A stretch of DNA of 62,888 bases, the filler included. It is 22 parts of 22 records of this genome, joined end to end, with 100 filler letters (N's around TTAATTAATTAA, not from the genome) between each part and the next. Parts side by side here need not be neighbours in the genome. Positions count along the whole stretch, not along the records: positions 1 to 2,102 come from SRR36015645_137861; positions 2,203 to 4,362 come from SRR36015645_138651; positions 4,463 to 6,768 come from SRR36015645_139121; positions 6,869 to 9,424 come from SRR36015645_140237; positions 9,525 to 11,546 come from SRR36015645_140279; 17 more parts are not named here. One strand, written 5' to 3'. Both the position numbers and the translations under genes were made by a program. Positions 1 to 11,646 of this stretch are shown in pieces; the stretch's first letter is position 1; each line of letters opens with the position of its first letter. The notes under the pieces were generated by a model. It was not told the DNA's origin and made no database searches. It worked only from the letters and a program-made list of their open reading frames with translations.

Positions 1-82
1 TATCCATTGAAATTCAAGACGAACCCATTCCAAGCATCATTGTCCAAATGCTTTAATGCGTGTTCGCCAACTATATGGTTCG

Positions 83-1609
83 TCACAGCCAATTGACCTG
101 CACATGAAAAATTACAAAGTTTACACGAGTAATTATTTCGCTCAATTTGCTCATGATGTAATTTGGCATGTTTTTGAGCTGCTTATTCTGTTTAATGCAC
201 TCATGACACAACTTGACATGTTTTTTGAGCTTCTTTTTGTTAGTAAATGATACACTGCAACGTTCACACTTATGTGAAGGTTTTAAACACTTCATCATGT
301 GAATTCTTCGACTCTTTCTGTCCAGGAAGGACACGTCGCACACATGGCATTGATAAAAATTATCTACATGCCCTGAAGCAACGTGGTTTGACAGTGCCAC
401 ATGACTTGCAAAGAAAATCTTGCAAGTTTCACACTCTTTATTGGAATTTGTTGAGGATACAGGTTTTATCGAAGATTCGTTATTTTTCAGCGCAGTTTTT
501 CTGTTTACATCACATGTAATTTTTGCTCCACTATCTTCATCCCCATTATCCGAATACAAACATTGTTGTTTCCCTTTCAAATCTTTACTCCCTGAATCAC
601 CCTTGTGCGAAGATTTACGACACTTTTGCATGTGGGCTGTATGGCTCCTTTTGTTTTGGAATGACACATAGCATACACGACATTGATAAAAATTCTTCAC
701 ATGCCCTGAAGCAACATGTTTCGATAACGCCATATGACTTGCGAAGAAAATGTTGCATGTTTCACACTGGTTGTTTTCATTTCTTACAGACACAGGTTTT
801 TTCAATGTTTCATTATTTTTCAACGCCATTTTCGTTCGTACCAGTACATTACATCTGCCTTCTGCTGCACTATCATCATCTGTATTTTCTGAATCAGTAA
901 CATCTTCTTCACTCCCTAACTCTGCACTTTCATCACTTTCTGACTCGTCGTTTGCACGTTCAGAGTGCCAACTGCTCACATGTTGATCAAGTGTCACTTT
1001 TCTATGAAATGTTTTACTGCACATGAGACATTTGTAAGCAATTTCATGTAAATTATTCTGACTTAAATCATTACTATCACAACGCTCAAGTTTCACAGCT
1101 GGATGTTTCCCAAGCGAATTGGGCAAGGCTTGTTTATACGTTACGCAAAGAAGCGCTGGTTTGTGTTCAACAACAAATTGTTCAGGTTTAGCAACTGAAT
1201 GTGTGGCGGCAGATAGTTGTTTGAACTTTACGTGGAGAGTGGTTTTGTTATTGTCAAAGTTGGAGGTAGACGTTGATGCACAATCACAAAATAAAGGTGT
1301 CTTTGCATCAACAACTTCAAATACTGGTTTGCATTCCAAGCTATCACTAACAGAAGTCACGTTTGGGTTAACAACTTGTGAAACAGGCTTACATTCCTTG
1401 CCATCGCTTACACAAGATCCATTTGATATTGATTTTGAGTCAACAACTTGTAATACAGGCTTACGATCCATGTCATCGCAAACAGAAGATTCGTTTGAGC
1501 CAACAACTTTTGAGAAAGGCTTAAATTCTATTGTGTTCCTTAATTGTTCACATGGATCAACAGGCTTACATTCCACAGATTCAATAATTTGACACGCTGT
1601 TGTAGCCAT
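83..1609 (-). CDS. C2H2/C2HC zinc-finger protein; probably frameshifted near its 3' end and continuing to the contig edge
   Basis: Finger motifs CLMCSKTFHRKVTLDQHVSSWH, CETCNIFFASHMALSKHVASGH, CRVC..HMQKC, CETC..HVASGH, CHVC..HMMKC and CERC..HVKLCH; acidic linker; a further finger lies in another frame at 3-170. Confidence 0.85.
   Translation of the reverse strand: MATTACQIIESVECKPVDPCEQLRNTIEFKPFSKVVGSNESSVCDDMDRKPVLQVVDSKSISNGSCVSDGKECKPVSQVVNPNVTSVSDSLECKPVFEVVDAKTPLFCDCASTSTSNFDNNKTTLHVKFKQLSAATHSVAKPEQFVVEHKPALLCVTYKQALPNSLGKHPAVKLERCDSNDLSQNNLHEIAYKCLMCSKTFHRKVTLDQHVSSWHSERANDESESDESAELGSEEDVTDSENTDDDSAAEGRCNVLVRTKMALKNNETLKKPVSVRNENNQCETCNIFFASHMALSKHVASGHVKNFYQCRVCYVSFQNKRSHTAHMQKCRKSSHKGDSGSKDLKGKQQCLYSDNGDEDSGAKITCDVNRKTALKNNESSIKPVSSTNSNKECETCKIFFASHVALSNHVASGHVDNFYQCHVCDVSFLDRKSRRIHMMKCLKPSHKCERCSVSFTNKKKLKKHVKLCHECIKQNKQLKNMPNYIMSKLSEIITRVNFVIFHVQVNWL
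290..830 (-). repeat. Internal 333-bp-period duplication of a two-finger module in the zinc-finger gene
   Basis: ALKNNE..KPVS..CETC.IFFASH.ALS.HVASGHV.NFYQC occurs twice; CATGCCCTGAAGCAAC recurs at about 367 and 700. Confidence 0.9.
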
Positions 1610-2102
1610 TGCCAGTTCGTGCAGTTATTGTTGGGCATGTTGGGTAACTTGGCTTTCAGTGTCTAGCTTAAAGTGCATTGATGATGAATTTCTACCCATA
1701 CACGGTATTAGTCATGATGTGATGATGACAGTCTTTCAATCATGTACACAGCAGTACACACATGGCAAAATGTTATCTCATGGCCCATGCATCCGCAAAA
1801 ATATTCTGTAACACCGTCTATATTTCTCTTTGGCTCCCAATTGTAATCACAGTCACACGTTTCTTCCTGCCAAAGTCAACATTTTACTGTCAAAATCCCT
1901 GAAATGACGCAGTTATTGATTCTGGTTGAAGTTCGGTGCACAACCAGCCACGATTCTGATCCTAACACACTCTTAAATAGGTCAATCATAATAATGCTAG
2001 AGTTCCATCGTTTCCATCATTCAAACGCCAGTCCTTTCTACACGAAATTCCCAGTTCACAGTGACAGCCAGCGTACTCAAAACAGTTGGATAAAATTATA
2101 TA

Positions 2103-2202
2103 NNNNNNNNNNNNNNNNNNNNNNNNNNNNNNNNNNNNNNNNNNNNTTAATTAATTAANNNNNNNNNNNNNNNNNNNNNNNNNNNNNNNNNNNNNNNNNN
2201 NN
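2103..2202. other. Artificial contig linker (first of 21 identical 100-nt N44-TTAATTAATTAA-N44 spacers)
   Basis: Same spacer starts at 2103, 4363, 6769, 9425, 11547, 13874, 16321, 18991, 21566, 23911, 28024, 31110, 33561, 36335, 38913, 44595, 47751, 52266, 54444, 57664 and 60420; the core gives stops in all six frames. Confidence 0.99.
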
Positions 2203-4362
2203 ACACGTGGCGGGATAATAGGGGAGCAGCTTCACGTTTGGATAGATTGTATGTGGATAAAGACATGCTGAAATTTATGATTCAATGCTCACGACATCCA
2301 AATTTCATTAGTGATCACGACTGCTGCATTTTCAGGTATAACGACTCATTTCTAGCACACAAAGCCGGAACTGTACTATGGAAATGCAATGTAGCAGTAT
2401 TAAAAGACAGCCTGTTAAAAGAAAGCATTCAAAAGTACACGGAGGCATGGAGAAAGAAAAAAGCTACAACATCGGATCCTTTACTTTGGTGGGATAAATA
2501 CAAAACGTCAATAAAGAGGATCATCATATCGCACAGTGTGACTCAGGCAAGAAGAGAAAGGGAAAACAAGATGGACATGGAGAATAAATTAAAATTCTTA
2601 ACTGACAAGCATGACAGGGGATTAGGAGACGGTAATACAGAGGAGGAAATTCAGGATCTCAAGGAAAAACTGCACACATTAACGTTGAAAAAGCTTCAAG
2701 GAATTAGCATACGTTCCAGAGCCAGTTTTATCGAACAGGGAGAAAATTCTGCATCGTATTTCTCAAGCCTGGAAAAGAAGAACCAACGGAAAAAATTTAT
2801 ACATGCAATGTATGATTCATCGAACACGCTGGTAGAGACGCCAAACGAAGTTGAGAAAGCAATAACAGAATTTTACCAAAAACTGTACAGCTCGGAGCCT
2901 ACAGACCCAGTAATTCAGCAAGAATTCCTTTCGAAGATAAAAAACAAGCTGTCTGAGGAAGATAAACAGACTTGTGAGGGCTTTCTGTCAAAGGAAGAGT
3001 TATTCAGAGCGCTCAAATCAATGAAAAACAATAAAAGTCCGGGAGAGGATGGATTACCGAGGGAGTTTTATATGGAATACTGGTCATTGATCGGTGAGGA
3101 TCTAGCTGAAATGTTAAACAATGCCTTTTTGCTAGGCAAACTTCCAGATTCACTGATGATGGCAATTATCATGCTACTTCAGAAGAAAGGAGATCACAGA
3201 AGGATTGGTAACTACAGGCCAGTGTCCTTACTTAACACAGATTACAAAATACTGACCAAGACGCTAGCAGAAAGAATGAAACGAGTAGTAGGTAAACTAG
3301 TGCATCGAAATCAAACATGTGGTGTGCCTGGTAGGCTTATTTACGAGAACCATTGGTTACTACAGGGGATTGTGGAGTATTATGAAAAGAATGACCTCCA
3401 TGGAGCAATACTGAGTATAGACAATGAAAAGGCATTCGACCGGATAGAGCATGATTGGATAGAGAAGGTGCTGACGTCATATGGTTTCGGGAAAATGCTT
3501 TTAAGATGGATTCAGATCATATACAGCAGCATCAAAGCCAAACTATTAATAAACGGGAACATCGGCCAGGAAATAAAGATTGAAAGATCTTTCCGACAAG
3601 GGTGCCCACTTTCAATGCTGCTTTACATACTGAGTGTGGAACCACTGGATGATGCAATAAGAGCAGATGGAAGTATAAAGGGCCTCGCGTTACCAGGTAT
3701 GGATGAAGTGAAGATTTCCTGTTATGCGGATGACAAAACGGTACTAATAGCCAACCGTAGATCCATTGACAACATAATGAAACAACTGAAGAACTTTCAG
3801 ACTGCATCAGGAGCGAAGTTAAATGAGGATAAATCAGAAATTATACTTCTTGGGAATTGGAAGAGAAATCCAAATGTACCACAGAGATGGTTAAAGGAAA
3901 AAATCAAAGTATTGGGGATCGTATACGGTGCTGATATAGTACATACGGAAAATGCAAACTGGACAACAAGTATAGAGAAGCTAACAAAGACACTGAACTA
4001 TTGGAGCCAACGCGACATGTCATTTGAGGGAAGGAAGACTATCCTGAATGTATTTGCCTTAAGTAAAATATGGTACATTTCCAACGTACTAAGCATAAAG
4101 GCTGATGATGTAAAAAGAATCAATACCGCGTGCTTCAAGTTCCTATGGCAAATTCCAATCGAGCCAATTAGTAGGGCAGTTTTGTATCTCCCAAAAAACA
4201 GAGGTGGGCAAGGCATTACGAACATAAAACAACGTTGTAACGCGATCTTGTGCCATAGAGTCTCACGGCTACTAAAAGCGGAACACTGTTGGAAAGAATA
4301 CGCTGCATACCAGATGGGAATTTCACTGAGACGACTGAATCCTACTTTAGCAGACAACAACA
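2203..4362 (+). mobile_element. L1/Tx1-clade non-LTR retrotransposon ORF2 fragment (end of APE endonuclease plus RT), truncated at both ends
   Basis: Endonuclease end SRLDRLYV..SDHD; KSPGEDGL; NYRPVSLLNTDYKI; IDNEKAFDRI; RQGCPLS; YADD; open across the contig. Confidence 0.95.
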
Positions 4363-5102
4363 NNNNNNNNNNNNNNNNNNNNNNNNNNNNNNNNNNNNNN
4401 NNNNNNTTAATTAATTAANNNNNNNNNNNNNNNNNNNNNNNNNNNNNNNNNNNNNNNNNNNNATTGCTCGAAGCCGTTGTAACATATTGCTCCGCTCAGG
4501 TAGCGAGTTGTAGGAGTATAGAAGTAAACAAATGCACACGTCAACAAGCCTCTGTAAGCGGCTTGCCATCCGTATTTAACGGCTGTCGGCCCGCTGTGAG
4601 CGGCCGGTTGTACGGAAAGTGTTAAGGTTAACTTTTGTACGAAGAAGCTATTTCAGCTAGTCAGCTTGAGAAGAAAAGAAAATATATATTGCAAAAATAT
4701 AAAAAGTCACGACACTTTAATGAATAAGAAATCAAGGCACAAAATGGCTTTTTGAGTTGGGGTATTGAGATTCCCTAGGCATATCAATGTATTTTTTTCA
4801 GATACAGAAATGTAATTTTGGACTGTAACTAGTCTTTAGGACATAGGCCTACTGTCATTCAATAAAGTTACACACTGATATATCATTAAAACATACAATG
4901 CATAATGTGTTTAATTAAATATATAAACTAGTATCCTATTTTAAATCAGCTCTCTCTTATTTTAGGGAATGTCGCATCTGCTTTTCTATCAAGCAAATGA
5001 TGGTGGCTACCACACTTCAGATGAGGCAGTGACTCACGATATCTAGACATTGTTGATCCGCATGACTGGCTTAGTTCTATTGTAAAACTTGATCATTACA
5101 CG

Positions 5103-6206
5103 ATGTCACTCTTGGAAGCTTTTAGTGTAGGTGCTGATGGTACTGCGCCACCCACCTACCTGGGCTTCATCGCTTGTGCCGTGTCAATCCTGTTTTTTGG
5201 CTCATTCCTCGTTCCAACAAAGAAGTTCCCAACGGGCGACGGCATGTTTTTCCAGTGGATTCTGTGCGTGGGCATTTGGTGCACTTCGCTATTTATCAAC
5301 ATTATAATGGACAGTCCGAAATTCTACCCGCTAGCAATGGTAGGCGGAGTTTGCTGGGCGACAGGCAACATATGCGTTGTGCCAATCGTCAAAACCCTTG
5401 GGCTGTCCATAGGGATACTGTGTTGGAGTGCATTTAACCTGCTGTCCGGCTGGGCTACGGGTAGGTTTGGACTCTTTGGACTACATGCAGAAGTTCCACT
5501 ACATATTGGCCTTAACTATGGTGGTCTAATATTAGGCTTGCTTAGTGTGTTTATTTACTTGTTTATTAAAACGGAAGTGAATTCGCCTACTGAAGAGCTA
5601 ACTGAAGATCAAACGCGCCTTCTTGCCGGCTATCAAAACGAAGAACCGACAGGTATTTTGCCTGTGACACCAATCAACGAAAGATCACATGGTGAAACAC
5701 AAGACGAGTTTCTTGGAAATATGTCACCAGTGACTAAAAAAGCAATTGGTTTTGTGCTTTCCGTACTATCCGGACTGTTCTACGGACAGTCGTTCACGTC
5801 TTCTATATACATCCAGGACAATTATGATGGCGCGTCACAGAATGGATTAGACTATGTTTTCGCTCAGAGCTCGGGAATATTTATAGCAAGCACAGGTTAC
5901 TTCATCATCTATTGCGCCTATAAGCGTAACAAGCCAGAAATTCAGCCGCATATCATACTCCCAGCTCTCACTGCTGGCGTTATGTTTACGATTGCGAATA
6001 GTGGGTGGTTCATTGCCAACGAGATTTTAAGTGAAGCCGTTAGTTTTCCGATCATTACAACTGGCCCTGGATTGGTGGCTAGTGCATGGGGTGTGCTCGT
6101 TTTTAAAGAAATACGCGGAAAAAGGAATTTGTTGCTACTGCTATTGGCATTTGCTGTGGTGATTGCAGGGGCCGTTTTGTCAGCATTATCAAAGATAAAG
6201 TTCTGA
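5103..6206 (+). CDS. TMEM144: Transmembrane protein 144 homolog (DMT-type 10-TM transporter), single coding exon
   Basis: LFFGSFLVPTKKFPTGDGMFFQW, PKFYPLAMVGGVCWATGNICVVPIVKTLGL and SFPIITTGPGLVASAWGVLVFKEI match the recalled TMEM144 sequence; two 5-TM halves; complete ATG-to-TGA ORF. Confidence 0.92.
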   Translation: MSLLEAFSVGADGTAPPTYLGFIACAVSILFFGSFLVPTKKFPTGDGMFFQWILCVGIWCTSLFINIIMDSPKFYPLAMVGGVCWATGNICVVPIVKTLGLSIGILCWSAFNLLSGWATGRFGLFGLHAEVPLHIGLNYGGLILGLLSVFIYLFIKTEVNSPTEELTEDQTRLLAGYQNEEPTGILPVTPINERSHGETQDEFLGNMSPVTKKAIGFVLSVLSGLFYGQSFTSSIYIQDNYDGASQNGLDYVFAQSSGIFIASTGYFIIYCAYKRNKPEIQPHIILPALTAGVMFTIANSGWFIANEILSEAVSFPIITTGPGLVASAWGVLVFKEIRGKRNLLLLLLAFAVVIAGAVLSALSKIKF

Positions 6207-6868
6207 TGGGATAATCATAATTTGAAAAAGCTTAAGAGAATACAATCTAATGGCCTACTGATATATTTTTCTAAGCCTTGGTTTTAATACTGTTGCAGCC
6301 TTTGTATCAAACATCCGTGACACGTTAGTTTCAGTTTTCAAGCACTTGGTAGTTGACGAAAAATTTTCTAAAAGAAAAAAACGATTACAAATGAAAAACT
6401 CTTCTGTCTTCTTAATTGCTTAGCCTATGCATCAAATTTGGTAGTAAACTATAATGAGATGGTATTTTATACATTCTAATTATAATATATTTGGCCATAA
6501 AGAATGTGGTATTTTCAGTATTGCCTGTGCTAGTAACTTATTAAAACTGGAAACATCAAGTTATATTTTTAAAGGACAACTGCAAAAAGATTGATTAGAG
6601 TTTGTTTTCGGCCAACTTTCCAGAAAATTGTGCGAGCAGTGAGCAGTTGTGACGTCACAGAAAGTACAAGCGGTGTGCATGTATGTTAACCTATGTTGAA
6701 AGGGCTTCAGTTCCCCGGTTGTATTAACGTTAATGCATTATATACCGGGTGAGTCAAAAAAACCGCACNNNNNNNNNNNNNNNNNNNNNNNNNNNNNNNN
6801 NNNNNNNNNNNNTTAATTAATTAANNNNNNNNNNNNNNNNNNNNNNNNNNNNNNNNNNNNNNNNNNNN

Positions 6869-9142
6869 GAGGCAAGCGAGTTACATGAACCATCGCATAA
6901 TGATTTTGACACTGTATTGGATAGTATCAAAAGTGGACATGGGTCTGAATCCCAAAAAAATGCTGTGCTCGACTGTGCTGCACAAATACTACGCGAAGCT
7001 TTAACTGAAAGTCGCAATGTGATAGAAGGCAAATACCGCAACCCAAACTTCTTACAGGCACTAAACATTACAACCTATCTTCACTTAATGGATCCTGTCA
7101 TTGTAGATTTTTTCACAAAACTGTTGATTTCGAAAAGTGCTGAGTTCCAGCAGCAGAGTAAACTGTACAGTCTTGCCAAATTGCTAGAAAACTTACTGTT
7201 TCTGATGGACTCAAAATTTGTCGGGCCAGTTAACTTTCGCGAATCCTTGGTTAGCTACTTAGTCAGCGGAAGCAAAACTGCTTTGCAAATTAATTCAGCG
7301 TCAACTGCCAGTGGAAGCTGGTATAGTGTTCCTAAATGGATCGATGACAATGCCACTAAAGTGGAATTTTCAAATTCGGATCTTATTGTCGTTATCGACA
7401 ATAATCAGATAATTGGCAAGACTTATCACCTGCAGCATATGAAGACTGGATTGCCACTGTCCATTGTGTGTTCAGTAATTTCTTACCCAGTAACCCCAAC
7501 AATAGCTAGCCAGGCGATGCATCTATCGGAAATCGATATTACAGGTTCATCTTTGGATGTTATTGTGGAAAACTATCTAGAATGCTGTTCTGAGTTTTTT
7601 CGTGGTGTAAGGAGCTCGTTTATCGAAGATACGATAAAAATTGTGAAAAGTGAACTAAATGATCAAAACATGGACTGCATAGATAGCTGGATTGAAGGTA
7701 CAGTGCCACAGTTTGTTGGTGGTACTATTGAAGAACACTACTCTTTAGTTAAGGGAGAAGCCAATAAAATTAAACCGTGCGTACATGATCCATATAATCG
7801 GAATCCTTCTTCGGTAGAGGCATGTTTTGATATCATCACGGATTTGCATAATACGTTAATAAGTAACAATGAACGCAAGTGGTTTGAGTTAGTGACTGAT
7901 GGCAGGCCATATGTTCTTATTCTTGACATAATGAAAGAACACCCCGAGTGGAAGGAGTGGCTGCTGTTGAAGCCAGGTTGGGGGCACTACCATCACACTA
8001 TGATAAAATCTGTGATCAAATTCTTGTGGCCATTGTGTGCTGAGAAATTTGCCACATCAATGCACTTTACATCAGAAAAGGCATTATTGTACTTTAAAAA
8101 AGCTGGTGATCATCATAAATCTGATGAAAGTGTTGAAACTATGTTAGAAGGCAATGCTAAAGAAATCATTCGATTATTTATTATCGACTGCAATGAGCAA
8201 AATGTGCATGCTAATGTGCGCAGTTTTGGGACATGGGCAAGTAGCACCAGCTCGACTCTACGGCTGTACATTGACATAACGTTCACGACATTATTCGCGA
8301 TTCGACTCTTTAAACAGTCTGTCAGGCACAACAATTCACTTGGCATACATGCAGCCAGGGCAAAATTTGCTCCAATATTGTATATCATGAATAACTATCA
8401 CTATCAGCGCATAGAAGCACACTACCTCTGCCAGTACTTGAGGTCTTCAGACCACATCAAACAGTTTCTAACTGACTATGAGTCCTTTACGTCAAACGTG
8501 TCATGCAGGGGTGAAGGTGCTGATTATGGCATCGAAAATGTCCACAAGGTATTAAAAGGTCTGATTACGAGTGGTGTGCCTTTATTTGATAAATGGGTAC
8601 GAACGTACCGCGCTTTAACAACGTTGGACAGGGTCAAGCAATCCTTGTATGAGGATATGCCAACCTCTATCACATCCACGTCTGATTCAATAAAACATAA
8701 CAATTTAGATACCGAAATATGTACCTGGCGAAAAGTTATTCGCGAGTCAAAATGTCTGCTTAATGACGGTGACACTGTGTTTGGCCTAAGTGGCCAGGTA
8801 GTGACCGATGAATTTACAAGATGCATTTCTATTGGCCATGAAAGGTTCGTTTCTAACATTCATAATGAAATGGCAGGACTTGACAAACAAAAATTTGTAA
8901 AAATTCCACTAACTGTCGAAGATGAAGCTCATCAATCGAACATTGAAAACTGGCTGAAAGATGACATTAAAAAGCATGCACAAAGTTTAATAAACGAATT
9001 GGCTGGCAGGGAAAAAACTAAATTCCAGACATTGCTGAAGAAGGCTACAAATAAAAAAATGTTAATAGAATTGGTGGACAGATTGACAGACAATACTGAA
9101 TCATGTGAATCGGATACCGGAAGTGACAGCAGCTCAGATTGA
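6869..9142 (+). mobile_element. Divergent Academ-like DDE transposase-type protein (5'-truncated) with no XPG/FEN1-like domain
   Basis: VVIDNNQ, LVTDGRPY, LKPGWGH and GADYGIEN are colinear with AVDNTDF, ITFDMALY, RLGELH and GADHACEQ of the Academ ORF at 24036; frame is open from the contig edge; stop at 9142. Confidence 0.6.
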
Positions 9143-9524
9143 GGTAAGCTGATATTTTGGACCTAATGTTTCAACTTTTATTCAGGTGGAAGAAATTAGA
9201 ACTTATTTGTGTGTTGCAAGAAACCTCAGGAGTGACATTGACTTATATTGTGCTGAGCTGCTGTCATACAGAAAAAGCTAGGCAAACTAAGATTTTTGCC
9301 AATTATACTATAGTCCCATCATCACCATCGATTTACAAAATTGCAACTACCTTCATGACCTTTGCAATCTGTTTTAGCACAAAAATGTCTCATATCAGTA
9401 TTCCCAAATGGGTATTTTAATAATNNNNNNNNNNNNNNNNNNNNNNNNNNNNNNNNNNNNNNNNNNNNTTAATTAATTAANNNNNNNNNNNNNNNNNNNN
9501 NNNNNNNNNNNNNNNNNNNNNNNN

Positions 9525-11546
9525 TTTTTTTTTTTTTTTTTTTTTTTTTTCCAACGTGCCACCCTCTGTATCCGTTATTATTCCAGTTGTGTGAGAGAAG
9601 ACATCCCTTGTCGGCTGGCAAATTATAATAAGTAACCGTTAGGCTGTTTCCTGTTTAAATATTCCATATTTCTTTATAGTTTTTTGCTTTCCTGGTTTCA
9701 TCTACTTTTATCCTTACTTGAAGTCTTTTTTGATACTTAGCTATCAGCGCGTCTATGTTGAAAAGGTAATCCTCTTCATGTAGGAGCTTGTTACGTTCCA
9801 CCCAGATCACATGTTTGTACAGACCTGTTATATAGATTGCTGATGCTAGCTGCGATGGAGGCGTATGTGGAAGTACATGGTAAATAATCCAAGACTCTAG
9901 ACTTGAGACTCCGGGTGCTATTCTGGACCTCTCCCCCAAATGGGCTTCCAAGCAAATTCTCATGTCCTCCAGGGCGGGGCAGGACAGTACCATATGGTTA
10001 ATGGATTCAGTTTCACGGTGACAGAAGCAGCAGAGGCAGTCAAAAGTAAGAAACAGATTGCATCTAATTCTCCTGTCTCCTGTCCAAAGCCTGTCATGTG
10101 CCATTCTGTAGCATGTGTCCTTTATGACATTGTCCAAAATTGGGTTATGAAGGTTTACCCATGCTATGTTCCAGTCTATGTTGGGCTTTCGTCTTGTGAT
10201 ATCAGATGAGATGTCCGCATTCTTTCTATACATTATTGCATTGTAAATGATGGCTGTTTTGCAGTTCTTCCATTCTAACCGAATTGGCGAGGCATCTGCA
10301 GTTCTGTAAACTTCCAGCAGTCTCCTAAAGGGAAGTGAAGGATGTTCTGCATGTGGAAGGTTGTTCGCTCCATATGCTGCATCGATTCTTCTAATTTGCA
10401 ATCCAATCTGGTATAAGACGGTCTTGGCCCATAGTTTGGCGATGTTACGGTCAATTGTTGTAATCCTGGACACATATAAGGCTTTGCATTTTATGTCGAT
10501 GTCAATGAATTCTTGACCACCTTCGTCTATTGGAAGTTGTGCTACATTCTTCTTGATTGGGTGCAAGTTTGACTTCCACAAAAAGTTGAGCACTATCCTG
10601 CTGAGCTTCTTATGAATTACTGCTGGTAAGGGCACAACCTTTGCCACGTACCATAACTTGGAGAGTGCAAAGATATTGCAGACTATTTTCCTACCACTGA
10701 GGGTGAGGTCCCTTTGTCTGTAATAATTGAGCGTTTTCTCAACTTTATCCACTAGAGGAGTCCAATTTTCGATCTCGGCGTTCGCACCAAAGCGAATCCC
10801 TAGTAGTTTAATATTAGGTTTCACACTGTCGACGGGCAGCGGTAGATTTCTTTTCTGTTTGAAGTTCCCTAGAAGGAGTACCTCTGTCTTGCTAACATTT
10901 ATTTTCGCCCCAGATGCTTGACCGAAGGTTTTGTAAAGCTGAAAGACATGTGGAATAGAGCGTTCTTCAGAAATCATGATGGTGGTGTCGTCTGCATAAG
11001 CTTCAAGTTTGGTGCTTATTCCTCCCGGAAGGGTTATGCCTTTTATATTGTTGCTCTTCCGAATGCTCTCAGCTAAGGGTTCAGATGTCATAACGAAACC
11101 AAGCATAGAGAAAGGACACCCTTGTCTGAGAGATCGGGTTACAGCAAATGATTCCGAGATGTGGCCATTAATCATAACACTGCTTTTGAGTTCTGAGTAC
11201 AAAACCTCTATCCATCTCCTGTATGTTGGACCGAAGTTGAGTTTCTCTAGTACTTTGTGCAACCATGTGTGCTCGACCCTGTCAAAGGCCTTTTCCGAAT
11301 CTATTGATATAAGGGCACCTCCAATATCCACGCCTGACTCCCATAGTGCTTCCGTGTGATCCACAATTGCTTGAATATCATAGAGATTGTCAAAAATTGT
11401 CCGTCCTGTTATACCGCATGTTTGACTTTCACCTATGATTTTTGGTAGAACTTGTTTCGTTCTTGTGGCAAGCACTTTGGCAGCTATTTTGTAGTCTACA
11501 CAGAGTAGGCTCAAGGGGCGCCAGTTCTTAAGATATCTGTGGTCCA
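9525..11546 (-). mobile_element. 3' end of an L1/Tx1-clade non-LTR retrotransposon: RT, C-terminal zinc finger, ~104-nt 3' UTR, poly(A)
   Basis: NWRPLSLL..DYKI, IDSEKAFDRV, RQGCP, YADD, CCFCHRETESINHMVLSCP; stop at 9655; T-run at 9525-9550 is the poly(A) tail on the minus strand. Confidence 0.95.
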
Positions 11547-11646
11547 NNNNNNNNNNNNNNNNNNNNNNNNNNNNNNNNNNNNNNNNNNNNTTAATTAATT
11601 AANNNNNNNNNNNNNNNNNNNNNNNNNNNNNNNNNNNNNNNNNNNN

